A DNA stretch of 64,000 bases from an uncultured Flavobacteriales bacterium. Lineage in GTDB: Bacteria; Bacteroidota; Bacteroidia; Flavobacteriales; BACL11. The notes below the pieces were generated by a model that was given only the letters and a program-made list of their open reading frames with translations, did no database searches and was not told where the DNA came from. The stretch spans positions 298 to 64,297 of the forward strand of contig CAJQJY010000009.1 in NCBI GenBank assembly GCA_905478765.1, given 5' to 3'. The position numbers and the translations under genes were made by a program. Shown in pieces: positions 40,141-49,196 of the stretch (the stretch's first letter is position 1; every line of letters begins with the position of its first letter).

Positions 40141-41040
40141 CTATTTTTTTAATTGTTGATCAATTATAGTTAAACACTCTTCAAAAGAATGTGGGTTATA
40201 ACCCAATTTATTTATGGATTTATCCAAAATAAAACCTGTTTTAGGAGGTCTTAGAGCTTTCTGATTAAGTGATGCTGTGCTTATCTTATTTAAATTATCT
40301 ATTGCGTTTCCATAGTGTTTTGCTATCCTTTCTACCATTTCATAAATACTCATAATATCTTTTCCTGAAGCATTAAAAATGCCATAGGCTTTTTTCTTGG
40401 CAACTAATATACAGATATCTGCTAAATCCTCCGCCAGAGTTGGAGCACGGAATTGATCGTCAATAATATTTAACGGGCCTCCTTTTTCTAAAGCACCCTT
40501 TGCCCAAAGCACTATATTTCCTTTACTTAATTTTTCACCTACTCCAAAAACAATCATTGTTCTAAGTATCGTCCATTTTACACTATGTGTTTGCAATAAC
40601 TGTTCAGATTTTAACTTAGAAAGTCCATAATTAGAAAGAGGATTTGGCTTGTCTTTCTCTTTATAAGGACCGTCCTTTCCATCAAAAATAAAGTCAGTTG
40701 AAATCTGAATTAGATGTGCATCAATTTTAGCGCAAGCATCAGCCAAGTATCTTACTGCATCAACATTTAAAGCACCACAATTCTTCTTTTCATACTCACA
40801 CAAATCGACATTAGTCATGGCTGCCGTATTAACAACAACTTGCGGTTTCTCGCTTTCAATAAGCTCATCAACTGCATCATTATTTGTGATATCTAAATCA
40901 AAATAAGTGTAGTTGCTTGTCTCTGTTACTCTATTGCTCCCTTTGGAAGTTGCTATAAGTTCAACGAAGTAGTCCTTTCGTAATTTATGTAAGAGTTTTT
41001 GACCCAATAAACCATTACTTCCTGTAATTAGAATCTTCAT
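40141..41040 (-). CDS. SDR-family NAD(P)-dependent reductase, dTDP-4-dehydrorhamnose reductase (RmlD)-like
   Basis: 299 aa. [14 protein letters not shown] Rossmann motif and STDFIFDG...YGLSK catalytic region. Confidence 0.7.
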   Translation of the reverse strand: MKILITGSNGLLGQKLLHKLRKDYFVELIATSKGSNRVTETSNYTYFDLDITNNDAVDELIESEKPQVVVNTAAMTNVDLCEYEKKNCGALNVDAVRYLADACAKIDAHLIQISTDFIFDGKDGPYKEKDKPNPLSNYGLSKLKSEQLLQTHSVKWTILRTMIVFGVGEKLSKGNIVLWAKGALEKGGPLNIIDDQFRAPTLAEDLADICILVAKKKAYGIFNASGKDIMSIYEMVERIAKHYGNAIDNLNKISTASLNQKALRPPKTGFILDKSINKLGYNPHSFEECLTIIDQQLKK

Positions 41041-41205
41041 TTAGTATGAACTAGGTTTTAATAAATACATAATAAAATAAATTAAGATTGGGGAGCCAAG
41101 ACCCAAGACAGCTGCAGCAACAAATAAAATTCTTAAGCCGCCAACATCAAGACCGAATTTATCCGCAAGCCAAGCACAAACACCAAGAATTTTTCTTTTA
41201 GTCAT
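41041..41205 (-). CDS. PspC-domain small membrane protein (54 aa; absent from the supplied ORF track)
   Basis: My translation: MTKRKILGVCAWLADKFGLDVGGLRILFVAAAVLGLGSPILIYFIMYLLKPSSY. It fits the PspC pattern (GVc.glA..fg.d....R..f....l.......Yl..w...P). The stop abuts the rmlD-like ATG. The start overlaps the upstream stop by 8 nt. Confidence 0.7.
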   Translation of the reverse strand: MTKRKILGVCAWLADKFGLDVGGLRILFVAAAVLGLGSPILIYFIMYLLKPSSY

Positions 41206-41413
41206 TAGATTTATCAATTAGTATATCAATCTTTTCAACAATAGTCTTTTCAAGCTCCATAATTGAATCTTCAACTTTTAATATCTGATGCTCTAATTCG
41301 ATAATCTTATTTTGATTTTTCTTAGATTTCTGTATATCAATAATCAACCATGCAAAAGCAATAACTTCAATAAGTAAAAGTAATACAGTAAGTTTTATTT
41401 GTAAATTTTCCAT
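41198..41413 (-). CDS. Hypothetical single-pass membrane protein with coiled-coil tail
   Basis: 71 aa. TM helix LTVLLLLIEVIAFAWLII followed by the heptad-like IIELEHQILKVEDSIMELEKTIVEKIDIL. Confidence 0.5.
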   Translation of the reverse strand: MENLQIKLTVLLLLIEVIAFAWLIIDIQKSKKNQNKIIELEHQILKVEDSIMELEKTIVEKIDILIDKSND

Positions 41414-41418
41414 AATTA

Positions 41419-41640
41419 TTATAAATCAAAAACACTTTTTCGTTTTCTATATTTAAAATGATTGCTTATCTTTAATAAGAAAATCATAGACAAATATATC
41501 AAAATAGTTAGAGTATTAGTGAAGGCCAAATAAATAAAAAATAAACGAATAAATGATGCTTTAATTCCTAGTGTATTACCCCACCAAGAACTTACACCAA
41601 AGAACTGCTTTGTAAAAATTTTACGAACAAGATTAATCAT
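41419..41640 (-). CDS. Small membrane protein, divergent PspC-like domain
   Basis: 73 aa. FFGVSSWWGNTLGIKASFIRLFFIYLAF...LIYLSMIFLL loosely follows the PspC pattern, with a basic tail KYRKRK. Confidence 0.4.
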   Translation of the reverse strand: MINLVRKIFTKQFFGVSSWWGNTLGIKASFIRLFFIYLAFTNTLTILIYLSMIFLLKISNHFKYRKRKSVFDL

Positions 41641-41722
41641 TCTTTATTAGTTATTTTTATTGCTGCAAGTTAAACATAATTTAAAAAGTAATAAATCTTT
41701 TTACTATTATATGATAATAACT

Positions 41723-41730
41723 TATCTTTG
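41723..41730 (+). promoter_or_regulatory. -7 box TATCTTTG upstream of ydcF-like gene
   Basis: Matches TAnnTTTG 14 nt before ATG 41745. Confidence 0.3.
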
Positions 41731-41744
41731 ATAAATAAAAACTT

Positions 41745-42488
41745 ATGTTTTTCATAGCGTCCAAACTACTAGCGTTTTTGAGCAAACCAATCATCTGGAT
41801 TTTTCTTCTATTAATTAGTTCTCTAATTTTTAAAAATAAAAGGAGGAAACTTCTTTTTACTTTACTAATTACTTTTTATTTCTTTAGCAATAGTTTTTTT
41901 GCTGATAGCTGTGCAATACTTTGGGAGGTACCAAGATTTAACCCTACGACAACTTATGATGTTGGTGTCGTTTTAGGAGGAATTTCAGATTTTGATCCAA
42001 TAACAGAAGCTCATAATTTTAATAAACATGCTGATAGACTGATGGATGCTCAGCTACTTTATAGGAAAGGGATAATTAATAAAATAATGTTAAGTGGTGG
42101 GAACGGCACGTTATTTAACAATGGATATAATGAGGCCAATGCCATGCAAAATTATCTTATTAAAAATAAAATTCCAAGTAAAGATATTATTATAGAGAAC
42201 ACATCTAGGAACACAAAAGAAAATGCTTTTAAATCTGCAATAATTCTAAAACAGAAAATCCCTAATTCGAGGGTTTTACTAATTACATCAGCTCAACATA
42301 TGAAAAGAGCTCAGTATTGTTTTGAAAGAGCTGGTATACAAACAACAGCTTTCCCGACTGATTGCACAACTTCATATGCTAGTTATGGGGTTGAATATTT
42401 ATTTTTGCCTAAAGCTGATGCAATTGAGAAATGGGAAACCCTCATACATGAATGGTTTGGATATATTGTTTATCGAATAACGTTTTAG
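41745..42488 (+). CDS. YdcF/ElyC/SanA family (DUF218) membrane-anchored protein
   Basis: 247 aa with N-terminal TM helices and a DUF218-like core (VVLGG..., [26 protein letters not shown]). Confidence 0.75.
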   Translation: MFFIASKLLAFLSKPIIWIFLLLISSLIFKNKRRKLLFTLLITFYFFSNSFFADSCAILWEVPRFNPTTTYDVGVVLGGISDFDPITEAHNFNKHADRLMDAQLLYRKGIINKIMLSGGNGTLFNNGYNEANAMQNYLIKNKIPSKDIIIENTSRNTKENAFKSAIILKQKIPNSRVLLITSAQHMKRAQYCFERAGIQTTAFPTDCTTSYASYGVEYLFLPKADAIEKWETLIHEWFGYIVYRITF

Positions 42489-43303
42489 ATTCCTAAATCT
42501 GATAGAATAACAGCCATTTCTTGCTGTAATTTTTGAGCTTCAACTATTGCTTTTTCAGCAAAATCAACATCATTTCCTGCATAAATAATTCCTCTTGAAG
42601 AATTAACTAATAATCCACAATCAGCATTCATTCCATATTTTGCAACATCTTGTAGATTTCCACCTTGTGCACCAACACCAGGTACTAATAAAAAATGATT
42701 TGGAATGATTTCTCTAATTTCAGACAGTTGTTCTGCTCTTGTAGCTCCAACTACATACATCATATTTGCATCAGTCCCCCAATTTTTAGAAATTTCTAAG
42801 ACTTGCTCAAATAATTGTTTACCATTTTTATCTTCAATCTTCTGAAAATCTAAACCTCCTTTATTAGATGTAAGCGCTAAAACAATTGCCCATTTGTCCT
42901 CAAAATCTAAAAAAGGTTTTACAGAATCCGAACCCATGTAAGGAGAAACGGTAACAGAATCAAAAGTCATGTTTTCAAAAAATGCACGAGCATACATACT
43001 GGATGTATTGCCTATATCCCCCCTTTTTGCGTCAGCAATAGTGAAAATGTTTCCCGGGATATAATCTAATGTCTTTTGCAAACTTTCCCAACCTCTAACT
43101 CCCATACCTTCATAAAAAGCAATATTAAGTTTGTATGCAACACAAAATGCTTTAGTAGCATCAATTATTTGCTTGTTAAACTCAAAAATAGAATCTTCTA
43201 ATTCCAATAAATGTTTTGGAACTTTATTAATATCAGTATCCAATCCTACACAAAGAAAAGATTGTTTTTTCTTAATTTGAGCTATGAGTTGTTCTCTATT
43301 CAT
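42485..43303 (-). CDS. pyrF: Orotidine 5'-phosphate decarboxylase (type 2)
   Basis: [30 protein letters not shown]. Start set to ATG 43303 (MNREQLI), overlapping the prfA stop by 8 nt. Confidence 0.88.
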   Translation of the reverse strand: MNREQLIAQIKKKQSFLCVGLDTDINKVPKHLLELEDSIFEFNKQIIDATKAFCVAYKLNIAFYEGMGVRGWESLQKTLDYIPGNIFTIADAKRGDIGNTSSMYARAFFENMTFDSVTVSPYMGSDSVKPFLDFEDKWAIVLALTSNKGGLDFQKIEDKNGKQLFEQVLEISKNWGTDANMMYVVGATRAEQLSEIREIIPNHFLLVPGVGAQGGNLQDVAKYGMNADCGLLVNSSRGIIYAGNDVDFAEKAIVEAQKLQQEMAVILSDLGI

Positions 43304-44378
43304 TAGATGAAGCGGTTCCAACTTTAAGTTTTTCAGCATTTTCAGCTAATTGTAATTCATCAATAAATTCCTGAATATCACCACCAATTACGTTCTGGAG
43401 ATTATATTTAGTCAAACTAATTCTGTGCTCCGTAACTCTCCCTTGTGGATAGTTATAAGTTCTAATTTTTGCAGATCTATCTCCAGAGGAAACCATTGTT
43501 TTTCTATGCTTAGCATCTTCTTCTAACTTCTTTTGTAATTCAATTTCATAAATTCTAGAACGCAAAACCTTTAATGCCTTATCATAATTTTTATGTTGTG
43601 ATTTTTGATCCTGACATTGAGCTACAACTCCAGTAGGAATATGGGTTAAACGAACTGCTGAGTAAGTTGTATTTACCGATTGCCCTCCAGGACCTGAAGA
43701 ACAATAGGTGTCTTTTCTAATATCAGATGGCAATAATTCTATATCAAATTCCTCAGCCTCTGGCAATACAATTACAGTTGCTGCAGATGTATGAACTCTA
43801 CCTTGTGTCTCTGTTTGAGGAACTCTTTGCACTCTATGAACTCCACTTTCAAATTTTAATTGTCCGTAAACATCTTCACCTGAAATATTTACAATAATCT
43901 CCTTATACCCTCCAGAAGTTCCATCAGCTACATCAACTAATTCCATTTTCCAACCTCTTGTTTGAGCGTAAGCAGAATACATTCTATATAAATCTCCTGC
44001 AAAAATACTAGCCTCATCACCTCCAGCACCAGCTCTAATCTCAATTACTGCATTTTTAGCATCAGCTGGATCTTTTGGAATTAAAAGAACTTTAATTTCC
44101 TCATCCATTTCATCTTTTCTGGACAAATTTTCATCAAGTTCCATTTTTGCCATTTCCTTCATTTCAGCATCATCACTTTCTGATAAAATTTCTTTTGCCT
44201 CTGCAATATTACCCACCAAATCACGATATGTTTTGTATGCCTCTATAATAGGATCTAAATCTTTATATTCCTTACTGAGCTGAACATAAAGTTTCATGTC
44301 ATTCATAGCATCAGGAGAAGAAATTAGTTTTTCAACCTCTTTATATCTATTGTTTATAGCGGATAATTTATCTAACAT
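43296..44378 (-). CDS. prfA: Peptide chain release factor 1
   Basis: GGQ motif [11 protein letters not shown] and PxT tripeptide region (PQTETQGR). Start set to [12 protein letters not shown] (ATG 44378), 1 nt after the upstream stop. Confidence 0.93.
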   Translation of the reverse strand: MLDKLSAINNRYKEVEKLISSPDAMNDMKLYVQLSKEYKDLDPIIEAYKTYRDLVGNIAEAKEILSESDDAEMKEMAKMELDENLSRKDEMDEEIKVLLIPKDPADAKNAVIEIRAGAGGDEASIFAGDLYRMYSAYAQTRGWKMELVDVADGTSGGYKEIIVNISGEDVYGQLKFESGVHRVQRVPQTETQGRVHTSAATVIVLPEAEEFDIELLPSDIRKDTYCSSGPGGQSVNTTYSAVRLTHIPTGVVAQCQDQKSQHKNYDKALKVLRSRIYEIELQKKLEEDAKHRKTMVSSGDRSAKIRTYNYPQGRVTEHRISLTKYNLQNVIGGDIQEFIDELQLAENAEKLKVGTASSNE

Positions 44379-44379
44379 T

Positions 44380-45546
44380 CTAATATATATATGTTCCAAA
44401 TTCGGAATTAATAGTTAATTTTTTACCTTTAAAATCTTCTACTCTACCTACAATTTGAGCAGCCACATTAAAGGATTTTGAAATAGCAATAACATCTTCT
44501 GAAATCTCCTCAGAAACATAAAGCTCCATTCTGTGTCCCATATTAAATACTTTGTACATCTCCTTCCAATCTGTGCCTGATTCTTCTTGAATCAGTTTAA
44601 ACAAAGGAGGCAAGTCAAACATATTATCCTTTATTACATGAACATCATTTACAAAATGCAATACTTTAGTTTGAGCACCACCACTGCAATGTACCATTCC
44701 ATTAATCTGACCCCTATATTTATCTAAAATTGTTTTAATAATTGGCGCATAAGTTCTAGTTGGAGAAAGCACTAATTTACCCGCATCAAGATCAGAACCT
44801 TCAACTGAATCGGTTAGTTTTTTAGATCCAGAATACACCAAATCCAAAGGTACAGAAGGATCAAAACTCTCCGGGTATTTCTCTGCCAAAACTTTTGAAA
44901 AGATATCATGACGAGCAGAAGTTAATCCATTACTTCCAATACCACCATTATATTCGGTTTCATAAGTTGCCATACCTGAAGATGATAAACCAACAATAAC
45001 ATTACCTCGTTTGATATTAGCATTATCAATAACATCAGTTCTTTTCATGCGAGCAACTACTGTAGAATCTACAATAATTGTACGCACTAAATCCCCAACA
45101 TCAGCAGTTTCACCTCCAGTAGGAATGATATTTACACCAAACTTTTTATATTCCTCTAAAAGTTCTTCAGTACCATTAATAATTTCAGAAAGCACAGCAC
45201 CATTAATCAGAGATTTATTTCTTCCAATAGTTGATGAAAGCATGATATTATCAGTTGAACCGACACACAACAAATCATCAATATTCATAATCAGTGCATC
45301 CTGAGCAATTCCCTTCCACACTGAAATATCACCAGTTTCTTTCCAATACATATATGCTAATGATGATTTTGTCCCAGCACCATCAGCATGCATTATTAAA
45401 CAATAATCATCATCACCACTTAAATAGTCAGGGACAATCTTGCAAAATGCAGATGGAAAAAGTCCTTTATCTACATTTTTGATTGCATTATGCACATCCT
45501 CTTTATCAGCCGAAACTCCTCTTTGATTGTATCTATCTGTTACCAT
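44380..45546 (-). CDS. AIR synthase-related protein (PurM superfamily)
   Basis: About 388 aa. [29 protein letters not shown]. Start moved to ATG 45546 because the longer track ORF runs into a terminator. Confidence 0.75.
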   Translation of the reverse strand: MVTDRYNQRGVSADKEDVHNAIKNVDKGLFPSAFCKIVPDYLSGDDDYCLIMHADGAGTKSSLAYMYWKETGDISVWKGIAQDALIMNIDDLLCVGSTDNIMLSSTIGRNKSLINGAVLSEIINGTEELLEEYKKFGVNIIPTGGETADVGDLVRTIIVDSTVVARMKRTDVIDNANIKRGNVIVGLSSSGMATYETEYNGGIGSNGLTSARHDIFSKVLAEKYPESFDPSVPLDLVYSGSKKLTDSVEGSDLDAGKLVLSPTRTYAPIIKTILDKYRGQINGMVHCSGGAQTKVLHFVNDVHVIKDNMFDLPPLFKLIQEESGTDWKEMYKVFNMGHRMELYVSEEISEDVIAISKSFNVAAQIVGRVEDFKGKKLTINSEFGTYIY

Positions 45547-45552
45547 AATTGT

Positions 45553-45584
45553 AAAAAAAAGCATCCTATAAATAGGACGCTTTT
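45553..45584 (-). terminator. Rho-independent terminator after the OmpA/PorE-like gene
   Basis: Minus strand reads AGCGTCCT atttat AGGATGCT TTTTTTTT (one G-U pair). Confidence 0.7.
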
Positions 45585-45602
45585 CTAATATCTTTATGTT
45601 AT

Positions 45603-47600
45603 TTACTTATTATCATTGGAAGGAACATAATCTTCTCTCAATACTTTAAAAGATGTCCTTCTATTATATTGATGTGCTTTTTCTCTATTATTCTTAAATC
45701 TAATCTTTTTAATGTATGATTCAGTAAGCACATCACCAACCTTAAATCTACTATCTTTTTCCTCAATTACAAATGGTTCTTTTTCACCCATTCCTTTAGC
45801 TACTAATTGTCCTGCATCAATACCTTGACTTACTAAATAAGCTATACAAGCATCAGCTCGTTGTTGAGATAGTGTGTTATTTTGTATATTTGAACCAATA
45901 AAATCAGTATGAGATTTAAGTTCAATTACTACATTAGGATTATCAAGTAATGACTCAGCAAGTTGATCTAAATCAATAATTGATTCTTGTCTTAATTCTG
46001 CTTTATTAAAATCATACTTAATTAGTGGTAAAATAATCTCTTTCTTTACAGGATCAATACTAAGATCAACAATAAATGATTTATTTAACTCAATACCAAC
46101 AGTAGTTTCATTTACTGATTTCTTTAAATAGCCTTCAGTATTTACTGCAATTTCGTAAGAAGTTAGAGGCATTAATTTGAATTCATATTTACCTGTATTA
46201 TCAGTTTCAACTTCATTAGAAGTTCCATCATTAGCAATTAACTGAACTTTAACACCTGTCATAATTGCGCCAGTTTTAGAATCAGTAACAATACCTTTAA
46301 GATTTAAAACTAAAGCAGGTAATTCAAACTGATAAATATCATCACCTCCTTTTCCTCCAGTTCTATTAGAAGTTAAATAACCTCTTTCTCCTCCTGTTTC
46401 AACTATCATACCGAAATCATCAAAAGATGAATTCACTGGTGATTTTAAATTAACAGGTAGAATATAAGCACCATTTTCATCTTCAGAAGTTTTGTAAATA
46501 TCAAACCCTCCCATTCCAACATGACCATTAGATGCAAAGTAAATAACTCCATTATCTGCCAAGAAAGGAAACATTTCATCTCCAGGAGTATTAACAAGAG
46601 GTCCTAAATTTACTGGGTCACTCCATCTATTTCTCTTTTCTTTTACTGATATCCATAAATCTTTACCCCCATAACCACCTGCTAAATCGGATGAAAAAAC
46701 AAGAAATGTCTCATCATCACTTAAAGCAGGATGACCAATAGTTGTATTACTATCTAATTTTACTTGAAGCATTTGAGTCGCACCCCAAAGTTTACCTTTT
46801 CTTTTAGAAACATAAATACCACAACCTAAATCTTTCTTCTTTTCAACTTTACATTGAGTAAGATACATAACTGTACCCCTTTTATTTACAAATACAGAAC
46901 CTTCATTTCCTTCAGAGTTTAATGGCTCAGGCATAACAATTGGTCTGCTCCAAGCACCTTTTTTATTAATTTTAGTGAACCATACATCAGTAAAAGGCTC
47001 ACCTGTTCTGGCATCTAACTTATCAGTTAAACCTCCTGATCTTGAAGATGTAAAATACATCTCAGTATATTCTCCATTACCAAATGAAGCTGAATAATCA
47101 CTATACCTAGAATTAACAATAGGCATTAATTCTACTTTATATCTTGTTGGTAAACCCATCCATTTTAATGCAAAATTGCACGATTTTAATCCCATTTCCC
47201 CCCTAACATCAGTAGGATTTAATTGAATATATTTAGTGTATTGAGTAACAGCCTCATCTAAATCTCCTTGCATTCTTAACACATCAGCATACCTTAAATA
47301 AACAGTAACATCAGGATACTTAGCTTTTATTGCTCTTTTATAATAGCTTTCAGCACGCTTTACGTTACCTGACATCCTGTAACATTCAGCTTGCTTAAAG
47401 ATAATTTCAGCTTTTATAGCTCTATTTTTAGTTTTCTGATAAGCTTTTTTATAAAGTTCAGCAGCTTTAGAATATTCTTCTAAACTAAAAGCCATGTCAG
47501 CTTTCTTTAATTTTCTGCTTTTTTTCTGAGCATAAACATCAGAATGAGAAATAGTAACTAAAAAAATGAAGATGGAAAGTAAGCGTAATAATTTTTTCAT
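45603..47600 (-). CDS. OmpA-family protein with TPR + TolB-like propeller + carboxypeptidase-regulatory-like + OmpA_C domains (PorE-like architecture)
   Basis: 665 aa with a signal peptide. TPR helices (YSKAAELYKKAY, AESYYKRAIK). WD40-like propeller repeats (MYFTSSR, LVFSSD, IYFASN). CRD (LKGIVTDSKTGAIMTGVKVQL). OmpA_C (IELKSHTDFIGS...NNTLSQQRADA). Confidence 0.7.
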   Translation of the reverse strand: MKKLLRLLSIFIFLVTISHSDVYAQKKSRKLKKADMAFSLEEYSKAAELYKKAYQKTKNRAIKAEIIFKQAECYRMSGNVKRAESYYKRAIKAKYPDVTVYLRYADVLRMQGDLDEAVTQYTKYIQLNPTDVRGEMGLKSCNFALKWMGLPTRYKVELMPIVNSRYSDYSASFGNGEYTEMYFTSSRSGGLTDKLDARTGEPFTDVWFTKINKKGAWSRPIVMPEPLNSEGNEGSVFVNKRGTVMYLTQCKVEKKKDLGCGIYVSKRKGKLWGATQMLQVKLDSNTTIGHPALSDDETFLVFSSDLAGGYGGKDLWISVKEKRNRWSDPVNLGPLVNTPGDEMFPFLADNGVIYFASNGHVGMGGFDIYKTSEDENGAYILPVNLKSPVNSSFDDFGMIVETGGERGYLTSNRTGGKGGDDIYQFELPALVLNLKGIVTDSKTGAIMTGVKVQLIANDGTSNEVETDNTGKYEFKLMPLTSYEIAVNTEGYLKKSVNETTVGIELNKSFIVDLSIDPVKKEIILPLIKYDFNKAELRQESIIDLDQLAESLLDNPNVVIELKSHTDFIGSNIQNNTLSQQRADACIAYLVSQGIDAGQLVAKGMGEKEPFVIEEKDSRFKVGDVLTESYIKKIRFKNNREKAHQYNRRTSFKVLREDYVPSNDNK

Positions 47601-47642
47601 ATTATGATTTTTATTATTCGTGCTAAAATAGGCAATAATTTA

Positions 47643-47650
47643 CAAACTTA
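47643..47650 (-). promoter_or_regulatory. -7 box TAAGTTTG upstream of the OmpA/PorE-like gene
   Basis: Matches TAnnTTTG on the minus strand, 42 nt before ATG 47600. Confidence 0.25.
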
Positions 47651-47697
47651 TTAAAAACAGAAAAACAGAATTATAACAAGTTGATTGTTAACTAATA

Positions 47698-48702
47698 CTA
47701 CACTACTGATTTTACAGTTTTAATGATTCTAGACGCAATTTTATATGGATCTGCATTTGAAGCAGGTCTTCTATCCTCCAAGTAACCTTTCCATCCATTG
47801 TCAATAGTTAAAATAGGAATTCTAATTGAAGCTCCTCTATCTGATATTCCATAAGAAAAGTCAGTTATTGAAGCCGTTTCATGAAGTCCCGTTAATCTTT
47901 GATCATTATATTCACCATAAACATCAATATGTTCCTTAGTTACAGAACGAAAAGCTTCACAAACTTGCAAGTAAGTTTCCTTAGAACCACATTCTCTTAA
48001 AGTAGAATTTGAAAAATTAGCATGCATACCTGAACCATTCCAATCTCCTTTAATTGGCTTTGGGTGGTACTCAATATAGTAATTATAATCTTCAGTTAAC
48101 CTATCTAATAAGTAACGAGCTACCCAAAGTTCATCTCCAGCTTTTTTAGCACCTTTTGCAAAAAGTTGGAATTCCCATTGTCCACAAGCAACTTCTTGAT
48201 TGATACCTTCAAAATTAATTCCAGCCTCAATACATAAATCAGCATGCTCTTCAACAAATGACCTGCCATGAGTATTTTTACCTCCTACTGAACAGTAATA
48301 CATACCTTGAGGACCTGGGTAACCACCAAGTGGGAAACCTAAAGGCAACTGAGTTTCAACATCCATAAGGAAATATTCTTGCTCGAAACCAAACCAAAAA
48401 TCATTATCATCATCTAAAATACTTGACCTTGCATTAGTAGCATGAGGAGTTCCATCCGCATTCATAACTTCTGTCATTACTAAAAATCCATTAATCCTTT
48501 GAGGATCAGGAAAAATTGCAACAGGTTTTAAAAGACAATCAGATGAATCACCAGAAGCTTGCATAGTTGAACTCCCATCAAATGCCCATACTGGACAAGC
48601 TTCAATAGTACCATCAAAATCATCAACAACTTTGGTTTTACTCCTCATATTTTGGGTTGGAAAGTAACCATCAAGCCAGATGTATTCTAATTTAGTTTTC
48701 AT
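47698..48702 (-). CDS. glnA: Glutamine synthetase, type II (eukaryote-like short form)
   Basis: 334 aa. LEYIWLDG N-terminus, FGFEQEYFL, GINQEVACGQWEFQ, NGSGMHANFS, RGASIRIP. Confidence 0.85.
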   Translation of the reverse strand: MKTKLEYIWLDGYFPTQNMRSKTKVVDDFDGTIEACPVWAFDGSSTMQASGDSSDCLLKPVAIFPDPQRINGFLVMTEVMNADGTPHATNARSSILDDDNDFWFGFEQEYFLMDVETQLPLGFPLGGYPGPQGMYYCSVGGKNTHGRSFVEEHADLCIEAGINFEGINQEVACGQWEFQLFAKGAKKAGDELWVARYLLDRLTEDYNYYIEYHPKPIKGDWNGSGMHANFSNSTLRECGSKETYLQVCEAFRSVTKEHIDVYGEYNDQRLTGLHETASITDFSYGISDRGASIRIPILTIDNGWKGYLEDRRPASNADPYKIASRIIKTVKSVV

Positions 48703-48737
48703 TTCTAGTTAAAATTTTAGATTAGTAATATTTATGG

Positions 48738-48745
48738 CAAATATA
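48738..48745 (-). promoter_or_regulatory. -7 box TATATTTG upstream of the GSII gene
   Basis: Matches TAnnTTTG on the minus strand, 35 nt before ATG 48702. Confidence 0.25.
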
Positions 48746-48936
48746 GAAGAAAAAGCAATAAATTACACTACTAAACTTAATAGCAGTAAAACTATTTTAT
48801 CAACAAATTGTTAATTTTTAACTTAAATTATAATAAAGTTAAGAAATAAAGATAAGTAACAAAAAAACACCTACTTTTTTGCAAATCTGATTTTTAGAAA
48901 AATTATAAATAAACCAACTACTAATAGTAGAACTTA

Positions 48937-49137
48937 TTATTTAGTAATATCAAGATCATCATTAATAGATGTAGCGCTATCACGGATTTCTTTTTTAATT
49001 TCGTTAGAAGCATCCTTTACCTCACGCATAGCTTTACCTAAACCCTTAGCAAGTTCTGGTATTTTTTTTGAACCAAAAAACATGACTATAAAAAGCAATA
49101 CAACAATGATTTCTGGCCCTCCTATAAATAATAACAT
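48937..49137 (-). CDS. tatA: Twin-arginine translocase subunit TatA/E
   Basis: 66 aa from MLLFIGGPEIIVVLLFIVMFFGSKKIPELAKGLGKAMREVK. The longer track ORF begins inside the secDF terminator. Confidence 0.88.
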   Translation of the reverse strand: MLLFIGGPEIIVVLLFIVMFFGSKKIPELAKGLGKAMREVKDASNEIKKEIRDSATSINDDLDITK

Positions 49138-49141
49138 ATTG

Positions 49142-49149
49142 CAAAAATA
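49142..49149 (-). promoter_or_regulatory. -7 box TATTTTTG 4 nt upstream of the tatA ATG
   Basis: Minus strand reads TATTTTTG caat ATG. The box is formed from the T-tract of the secDF terminator. Confidence 0.3.
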
Positions 49150-49178
49150 AAAAAGCCCTCTCAATGAAAGGGCTTTTT
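49143..49178 (-). terminator. Rho-independent terminator after secDF
   Basis: Minus strand reads AAAAGCCCT ttcattgag AGGGCTTTT followed by TTATTTTT. Confidence 0.7.
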
Positions 49179-49196
49179 ATTAAAATTATAAACTAA

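Noticed and set aside
48703-48936. Possible riboswitch or small ORF (26-aa MANIEEKAINYTTKLNSSKTILSTNC on the plus strand) in the long GSII upstream region
   Set aside because: I could not fold a convincing conserved structure by eye. The mini-ORF has no supporting signal and faces away from the neighbouring genes. The region is left as unexplained non-coding DNA.
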